Shown in pieces: positions 57,984 through 64,000 of a stretch of 64,000 nucleotides of DNA. Numbering within the stretch: the stretch's first letter is position 1; each line of letters starts with the position of its first letter. This DNA is from Staphylococcus phage vB_SepM_BE08. A program made the position numbers and the translations under genes. The stretch lies in the sequence record MT596505.1; one strand, given 5' to 3'. A model generated the notes under the pieces. That model saw nothing but the letters and a program-made list of their open reading frames with translations, made no database searches and was not told the DNA's origin.

Positions 57984-58595
57984 TTAAATATTATCAAGAA
58001 GGTTGTCTATCAACTTATCTTCATCTTTATTACTTGTTTCAGTTACCTTAGAATCAACCTTCTTATATGGAATTGTCTCAAATTCCGAATAGTGATTAAT
58101 AATATAGCAAGGTTTAAATCCAGTCAACCCGTCTATCGTGGTTATTAAAACATCGTAATAAAATTTATCTTCACGTATATTTTTGATAATAAAATCAGTT
58201 CTCATAACAGGATATTCTTCTTCTCTTAAGTCGTTATAAACTTCTTCAATATATGGTAAAGCAACATAAGTAGAAGCCCTATTTCTAGTAAAAATAAGAC
58301 AAGGTACTTTTCCTACCTCGTCACTATCATTTACTACTTGTTGCCACCATGTATGTGGTTCTTTATTATTAAGCAATACGTTATCAATTAACCAATTTTC
58401 ACGATGTTTACATTCTATAACAAGAGGAAAGTTAGAGCCTGCTGGAGTAACAATATCACCTACTGCGTTATTATCGCTAGCCCAACTTGCTCCTCCTGAT
58501 TGTGGAGAGCGGTTAAATTTCTCACCCCACCACTCCCCTAGAATTTTGGCTGTCTTTCTCTCAAACGCATCGCCTTTCTTTTTAGAGTTAGTCAT
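57984..58595 (-). CDS. PD-(D/E)XK nuclease, putative Holliday-junction resolvase (GDIV...IECKHR)
   Basis: motif inspection; position in replication module. Confidence 0.45.
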   Translation of the reverse strand: MTNSKKKGDAFERKTAKILGEWWGEKFNRSPQSGGASWASDNNAVGDIVTPAGSNFPLVIECKHRENWLIDNVLLNNKEPHTWWQQVVNDSDEVGKVPCLIFTRNRASTYVALPYIEEVYNDLREEEYPVMRTDFIIKNIREDKFYYDVLITTIDGLTGFKPCYIINHYSEFETIPYKKVDSKVTETSNKDEDKLIDNLLDNI

Positions 58596-59022
58596 TTTTA
58601 GGTGTCATTTTAACGACTTTCTCAGAATCTTCCTGTTTATCTGGTTCTTTATCTGGCTCAAAACTATCTTCTTGTTGTTTTTTAAACTCTTCTTGTTTAT
58701 TTTGTAAGAATTCTTCACGTTTTTTATTTACTTTCTCAGATGCTTTTTTAGCTTGTTCATCTGTAATACCTACTTCAGATTCTAATAAAACTAAAATTAA
58801 ATCAATATAGTTCCATGCATTATCAATAATACCTAATAGTTCTCGTTGGTTTTGTTCAGAAATTCTTTGAGCAATTACAGTAGCTGTCTCTAAGTCTACT
58901 TGTTTTTTACCAATCTCTTGTAATTCTTTTTGTTGTTTTTGTGTAATTTCTGAACCTTCTGCTTTTGCTTTTAATAAAGTTGTTAACCATGTTTTTAATT
59001 CTGTTTCTGTTACTTTAGTCAT
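58588..59022 (-). CDS. acidic hypothetical protein
   Basis: ORF. Confidence 0.5.
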   Translation of the reverse strand: MTKVTETELKTWLTTLLKAKAEGSEITQKQQKELQEIGKKQVDLETATVIAQRISEQNQRELLGIIDNAWNYIDLILVLLESEVGITDEQAKKASEKVNKKREEFLQNKQEEFKKQQEDSFEPDKEPDKQEDSEKVVKMTPKND

Positions 59023-59333
59023 TATTCATTCTCCTCTTCTTCTTTATCAATTTCTTCTAATTTTTCTTGAATAAAATCAATCACATCATCATTAATCATA
59101 TCAGCTTGTCTTAAAGCATCAATTAGGATATTGAGGTTCATATTATAACTTTCTTCAATATCATCTAACTGTTTAGATACTCCCATAGTTAAGTTAGTAA
59201 TTGCTTTAGCTAAGTCTGTATAAGAAGCTGTTTTATCTTTTCCTTCTTCTTCTAATTGGTTAGCTCTTTGGTAGTTTTCTGTTGATTGAGCTGTAATATA
59301 CGAATCAATAAACTTTAAAATATCTTTTTCCAA
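59022..59333 (-). CDS. acidic hypothetical protein
   Basis: ORF. Confidence 0.5.
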   Translation of the reverse strand: MEKDILKFIDSYITAQSTENYQRANQLEEEGKDKTASYTDLAKAITNLTMGVSKQLDDIEESYNMNLNILIDALRQADMINDDVIDFIQEKLEEIDKEEEENE

Positions 59334-59394
59334 ATTGTTTCCTCCTTTTAATTCTTAATTATTATTATACCACAAATAATAATATTATGCAAGT

Positions 59395-60450
59395 CTATTT
59401 GTAAAATTTTTGTTGTAATTTGTACCTAGAAATACCTTCTGGTGTAGCTAGTATTTTATTATTTTTAATAATCTCTATAGCTTTCTTAACACCTAAACCA
59501 TTAGCATCTTGTTTTCCATGAGGTACTACAAAAACATTTTTATGTGTTGTATATAATTTAGAAGCCAGTGATACATTTTGTGTTATAGTATCACTATCTA
59601 AAAATATAAATATTGGTGTCTCTTCATCTATATTTAACTTAAGTAGTCTTATTTGCTCTTCTGATACATGTTTACCTAATGTTGCTACACCGTATTTTCC
59701 GAATGTTAAAGCATCAAATACACCTTCAGTAATAATTACAAAAGACTGATTTTTAGCAATGTTTAAGTTAAATACAATATCTTTTTTTCCTATATCATAT
59801 TCATCTCCAGGTGCATTAAGTGTTTTAATATAAGGATTTTTTTCTATACTTCTAGTATTCCAATATTGATATTTGCCTTCGTTATCATAAGTAAAAAATA
59901 TAACACTGTTTGTAAGTTTTATTTTCTCTCCCTTGTTAGCCTTCCAACACCATCCTTCTATTATATAACCGATATTATAATTAACAATTTGATTATATGT
60001 TATACCTCTACTGTAAAGGTAGTCAAAGAATGGTTTAGCCTCAGTATTATTTACGTTATCTTTTAAATATTTAAACCCAGTAGGTAATTCTGGAGGTTTG
60101 ATACTTACTTGTTTTTTAGTAGTATCTACACCCCTCATCATTAAAATAAGTCGTTCACTTGTTGTTAGAGTATCGTCACCATAATCAACAATATTAAAAT
60201 TATCTAATTCTATATCGTGACCTTCTAATATATCCTTAGCACCTTTACTACTAACGTTAAAATATGCTTTCATAAAAGTAAATGGATTACCTACACGTTC
60301 ACATTTAAAACATATATATTGCCCTGTCTCTTCATGTACATAAAACTTATACTTTTTCTCCCCACAAAAAGGACAACAATATCTTTTTTCTCCTATTGTA
60401 TTTTCTTTAGGTCTTCCTATTTCAGAAGTTAAAAAGTCTGTAAATTCCAT
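59395..60450 (-). CDS. DnaG-type DNA primase (CHC2 zinc finger CPFCGE...CFKC; TOPRIM)
   Basis: zinc-finger and TOPRIM acidic motifs. Confidence 0.7.
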   Translation of the reverse strand: MEFTDFLTSEIGRPKENTIGEKRYCCPFCGEKKYKFYVHEETGQYICFKCERVGNPFTFMKAYFNVSSKGAKDILEGHDIELDNFNIVDYGDDTLTTSERLILMMRGVDTTKKQVSIKPPELPTGFKYLKDNVNNTEAKPFFDYLYSRGITYNQIVNYNIGYIIEGWCWKANKGEKIKLTNSVIFFTYDNEGKYQYWNTRSIEKNPYIKTLNAPGDEYDIGKKDIVFNLNIAKNQSFVIITEGVFDALTFGKYGVATLGKHVSEEQIRLLKLNIDEETPIFIFLDSDTITQNVSLASKLYTTHKNVFVVPHGKQDANGLGVKKAIEIIKNNKILATPEGISRYKLQQKFYK

Positions 60451-60461
60451 ACTACCATAAC

Positions 60462-61061
60462 CTATCTTACTTTAATTATTTTTTTCATAATAACTAACAT
60501 ATTATAAATCTTACCTAACATATCATAAGTGTAATCTGTTGAAGCATCTGTATGTTGTAATGCTTCTGATACTTGTGTATCTTTACTTTTTAGATTAAAC
60601 TTCTTAAGATACCTATCAGACAATGATTTCTTGTATCTTTCCAAAGAAACATCTTTCATTGTATTTAACATAACTCCTACAATATCGAAACCTTCATCAA
60701 CATCTTCTTGTGTAAATTTATCTTTAATTGTAGTAATACCATATTCTTCAGCTTTTTTAATTACTTTCATATTATATTTTTCTACAATAGGATTATACCA
60801 TGTATTTAAATTACATCTGTAACCCTCTTCTTTTTTTAATGAAGAATTGTTATCACTAATACCATAAGATGTTGGTAAATAAGACCGTAATCTTTTTAAT
60901 TCTAAAAAGTTTTTATCTTTTGCTAATTTATAATCATAAGAATTAGATAATGGATACCAATTAATTATAGATTCAATAGGTGATTTAAATTTTACATATG
61001 AATCTTTTTTATGGTATACCATAACTTCTACTTCTTGTTTATCTTTAAATACTAATTTCAT
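60462..61061 (-). CDS. hypothetical protein
   Basis: ORF. Confidence 0.55.
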   Translation of the reverse strand: MKLVFKDKQEVEVMVYHKKDSYVKFKSPIESIINWYPLSNSYDYKLAKDKNFLELKRLRSYLPTSYGISDNNSSLKKEEGYRCNLNTWYNPIVEKYNMKVIKKAEEYGITTIKDKFTQEDVDEGFDIVGVMLNTMKDVSLERYKKSLSDRYLKKFNLKSKDTQVSEALQHTDASTDYTYDMLGKIYNMLVIMKKIIKVR

Positions 61062-61067
61062 ATTTTC

Positions 61068-62981
61068 TTATCCCTTCTCTAGTCTTGATACTCCATCTTC
61101 TTTAACCATTGTAATTACATTCTCAAACAATGGTTTAAGAGATTCTGAATGAGTAATAACAAAAATAGTACTTACAGTTTTAAGTCTATCTTTTAATAGC
61201 TTAACTACGTTCTCACAACCTATAGTATCTAAACCATCAAAGCACTCATCATATAAAGCAATATTAGTAGAAATATCATCTTTAGACATGATTAAATCTT
61301 GAATTGCAAAACTAATTGATAAATCAATTCTTTTTTGTTCTCCTGCTGAGTTAGCTTTGTAAGATTCTCCACCATTACTATTTTTAACAATTACATCAAA
61401 CTTATCTTTAAGTTCTCCTTTTGAATTCTTAACTTGTGTTTGGAATTCAATTTCAATATCGGAGCCTGATAATGTTTGTAAATACTCATTAGCTCTTTCA
61501 TTTAAGAATGGTGTAATGAAATCTAGTACTACAGAACGTATACCTTTATTACCAAACGCATCTACTGCATTACTGTATTTGTTTTTCTTCGTCTCTAATT
61601 GTACCACTTTATCTTTATGTTTGTCAATAGCTTTATCAATATCATTTTGTTCTTTTTTGTATAATTTTTCATCAGGTTTTTCAATATATGAGTAATCATT
61701 AAGTGTTGGTTTTTGTAAACCTGATTTACTATTTTCTAATTGACTAATATTGTTATACACTTCTTGTTGTTGTTGATATTGTTTTTGTATTTCTCTATCG
61801 TGATTTTGTTTTTGTAAATCTTCTTCTTTCATCATTTGTTCTAATTGGTTAATCTTAGTTTCTAATTCTCTTTTTTTATCTTCTATTTTTTGTTTATTTT
61901 CTTTATGTTGTTTTAACTTTTCTTGTTCTTGTGATATTTGTGTCTCCATATTTTCTTTTTCTTTTACTTTGTGTGAATTATCAATTGGAGAACCACAAAC
62001 AGGGCAATGGTCGTTTGTATCTAGTTGATTAATCTTAGATTGGATACTTCTAATTTCTTGGTCTACTACTCGTTCAGACAATTCTTCTTGATTCCAAACG
62101 GGCATTAACTTATCATTTATATTGTTTTTAATAAGTTCAATACCTTCTTTTGCTTTATTATAGTTATCACTGAAAATAAACTCTGTATTTTCAATTTCAG
62201 GTATATTTTGTTTTAATGTGTTAATTTGTTCATCTAATTCTTTAACTTTGTTATTATATTCTTCTTGTCTTTGTTTGAAAGTTTCTTCCTCTTGTTTCTT
62301 TTGTTCCATTACTTGGTTATACTTAGACACTTCTTTATCAAACTGTTCTTGTTTTAGTTCTTTTTGGTATCCTAGTTTTTCAATTTCTTGCTGTTCTTTA
62401 TTTTGTTGTTCTTCTACTTCTTTTACTTTTTCCTTAGCTACATCTTGTGCTTTTTTATAGACTTCTACTTTTGTAATTGATTCTAAAATCTCTTTTTTAC
62501 CTTTATCTGTTGCTTGTGAAAACATAGGAATATCTCCCTGTCCGTAAATAATGGCATTGACATAGGTATTAAAATCAATTCCAAATAAATCTTGTATTTG
62601 TTTATCTGTCACATCATTTGTAGAGCCTGTAATTTCTTTATCATTACAAAATAATTTAACTTTGTTTTTAAATTCCTTATGTTTTCTATATCGTTCAACT
62701 CTATAATTATCTTCTCCAATATTAAAAGATAAAATAACTGATGTATTTTTCTTTTCATACTTGTTAACTACATCATCTGCTTTTAATCCTTTTTCTGTTT
62801 TACCATATAAAGCATAAGTAATAGATGACACTAAAGTAGATTTTGAACTACCATTAGAATCAAAAGAATCATTAGTTTTATTTACCCCTTCAATCAAAAT
62901 TAATCCTTGGTTATCTAACTCTAATTCTGCTTCTTTAATTGCCATAAAATTATTCATTTTAACATACTTAAATTTAACCAT
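61068..62981 (-). CDS. sbcC: SbcC/Rad50-like ATPase (P-loop GSSKST, CPVCG zinc hook, Walker B LYDECFDGLD)
   Basis: N/C ATPase halves separated by long coiled coil with CxxC hook. Confidence 0.8.
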   Translation of the reverse strand: MVKFKYVKMNNFMAIKEAELELDNQGLILIEGVNKTNDSFDSNGSSKSTLVSSITYALYGKTEKGLKADDVVNKYEKKNTSVILSFNIGEDNYRVERYRKHKEFKNKVKLFCNDKEITGSTNDVTDKQIQDLFGIDFNTYVNAIIYGQGDIPMFSQATDKGKKEILESITKVEVYKKAQDVAKEKVKEVEEQQNKEQQEIEKLGYQKELKQEQFDKEVSKYNQVMEQKKQEEETFKQRQEEYNNKVKELDEQINTLKQNIPEIENTEFIFSDNYNKAKEGIELIKNNINDKLMPVWNQEELSERVVDQEIRSIQSKINQLDTNDHCPVCGSPIDNSHKVKEKENMETQISQEQEKLKQHKENKQKIEDKKRELETKINQLEQMMKEEDLQKQNHDREIQKQYQQQQEVYNNISQLENSKSGLQKPTLNDYSYIEKPDEKLYKKEQNDIDKAIDKHKDKVVQLETKKNKYSNAVDAFGNKGIRSVVLDFITPFLNERANEYLQTLSGSDIEIEFQTQVKNSKGELKDKFDVIVKNSNGGESYKANSAGEQKRIDLSISFAIQDLIMSKDDISTNIALYDECFDGLDTIGCENVVKLLKDRLKTVSTIFVITHSESLKPLFENVITMVKEDGVSRLEKG

Positions 62982-63363
62982 TATTTATATCTCCTTTCGT
63001 AACTCTAAAGAAACAATGATGAGAACCGTAATCAATCCAATAGTATTCATCATGTTCTATAATTCTATTATAGTAATGTTTTTCAAAATTACTGTCGTCA
63101 AAAATCTTTTTTATTTTAGATAAACCATCTTCTAAACCTTCAACATTACAAATGTTTTCTATTACATTATCTGAATCTTCAAACTGTAATATTGGTTTAC
63201 TTTTATCTAAATCTTTACTTACCACATTACTTATATCTAATGTATTGATTTTAGGTTTCATATCTTTAAGCACTTCCCATAAATCATCTACTACTCTATT
63301 CCAATCTTCAGCTAAATTCTCTTCATCACTTATATCTAAATAATTCTTATATCGTTTCAACAT
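62974..63363 (-). CDS. hypothetical protein
   Basis: ORF. Confidence 0.5.
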   Translation of the reverse strand: MLKRYKNYLDISDEENLAEDWNRVVDDLWEVLKDMKPKINTLDISNVVSKDLDKSKPILQFEDSDNVIENICNVEGLEDGLSKIKKIFDDSNFEKHYYNRIIEHDEYYWIDYGSHHCFFRVTKGDINNG

Positions 63364-63441
63364 TTGATTAACTCCTTTTTTTTATTATATATAAATTATA
63401 CCACTTAACTTTTAATAAGTCAAGTGGTATTTTTATTTTAC

Positions 63442-64000
63442 TTAATTTATTTGTGCTTCTTTTAAACACTCTAATAACTCATCTTTTGAACCAGGGTAAT
63501 ACTTATCTGCAAAACTAGATACTATCTCAGAAGGACTGTCAGAAACATCTGAATCAATTCTCTTTTCTATTGTGTACTCTTTTTGCATTTGTACTTGTAC
63601 ATTTTTATCTTCCATACCTTTATCCAGTTCAAATACTTTAGCCTGTTCTGGTGTTCCGATAAATCTAATAAAATGATTTTTATTGATTAGTTCCTCTAAT
63701 TCTTCTGGTGGATTATCTCCTTGTATAGTAATAAATTTTCTAGTATCTAAAGGTATAAACTCTGTTGTTAATTTATCCGTATCAATTAAATGTACCCCGT
63801 TAGCTTCTTGTTCATCACTAAATGATTGTTGCATTAAGCTCCCACCGTACATATGATTTGTATTTTTAAAATACTGTCTTCTATGGTAATGTCCTAGTAA
63901 AATAAAATCATATTCATTAGGCATCAAATCTTGATAACCAAAAGCACCCTCTAGTCTATGTGACCCTTTACCTGTTAAGCTACCTTCTACACCTAAATGA
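63442..64000 (-). CDS. sbcD: SbcD/Mre11-like metallophosphoesterase, partial (N-terminus beyond window end)
   Basis: GHYH motif; frame remains open to window edge. Confidence 0.65.
   Translation of the reverse strand, partial: HLGVEGSLTGKGSHRLEGAFGYQDLMPNEYDFILLGHYHRRQYFKNTNHMYGGSLMQQSFSDEQEANGVHLIDTDKLTTEFIPLDTRKFITIQGDNPPEELEELINKNHFIRFIGTPEQAKVFELDKGMEDKNVQVQMQKEYTIEKRIDSDVSDSPSEIVSSFADKYYPGSKDELLECLKEAQIN

Overview
This 64-kb window is very AT-rich, about 28-30% GC by eye. It looks like a contiguous piece of a large lytic myovirus genome of the Twort/K/SPO1-like (Herelleviridae-type) lineage from a low-GC Firmicute, most plausibly Staphylococcus. Almost all genes are on the minus strand. 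Minus-strand transcription runs from 64000 down to 13800 and again from 8000 down to 300. A small plus-strand island sits at 8.5-12.9 kb, and two ORF-poor noncoding regions lie at 8.96-9.9 kb and 12.85-13.8 kb.

- 64000 -> 42600: DNA replication, recombination and nucleotide metabolism module. It contains SbcD (partial) and SbcC, a DnaG-type primase, a PD-(D/E)XK resolvase-like protein, NrdI, NrdE, NrdF, a glutaredoxin/thioredoxin-like protein and an HU/IHF-like protein. It also contains a family-A DNA polymerase split by a group I intron carrying an HNH homing endonuclease, a RecA-like recombinase and a sigma-factor-like protein.
- An intact IS200/IS605-type TnpB (no TnpA) lies inside the nrd/trx cluster.
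- 42600 -> 13800: a long run of unknown genes that includes a second metallophosphoesterase. It also includes a trifunctional Pnkp-like RNA repair enzyme (kinase, PPP phosphatase, ligase) and an SPFH/flotillin-like membrane protein with a small transmembrane partner. Several membrane proteins and two HTH proteins are also present.
- 11.2-11.85 kb: a pentapeptide-repeat protein, which could be a DNA mimic.
- 2-8 kb: an early-gene (tre-like) cluster of small, very acidic proteins. Each has its own near-consensus sigma-A promoter (TTGACA-N17/18-TATAAT), often two in tandem separated by a conserved hairpin. They share a conserved leader (AAAGGAATTGATTnAA-ATG) and each is followed by a terminator hairpin.
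- 310..1737: a multi-domain endonuclease-like gene.
- Window start: a truncated plus-strand ORF ending in a 38-residue poly-Asn tract encoded by (AAT)38.

I found no CRISPR array, rRNA or convincing tRNA. Coordinates of promoters, terminators and adjusted starts are hand-derived and may be off by 1-3 nt.
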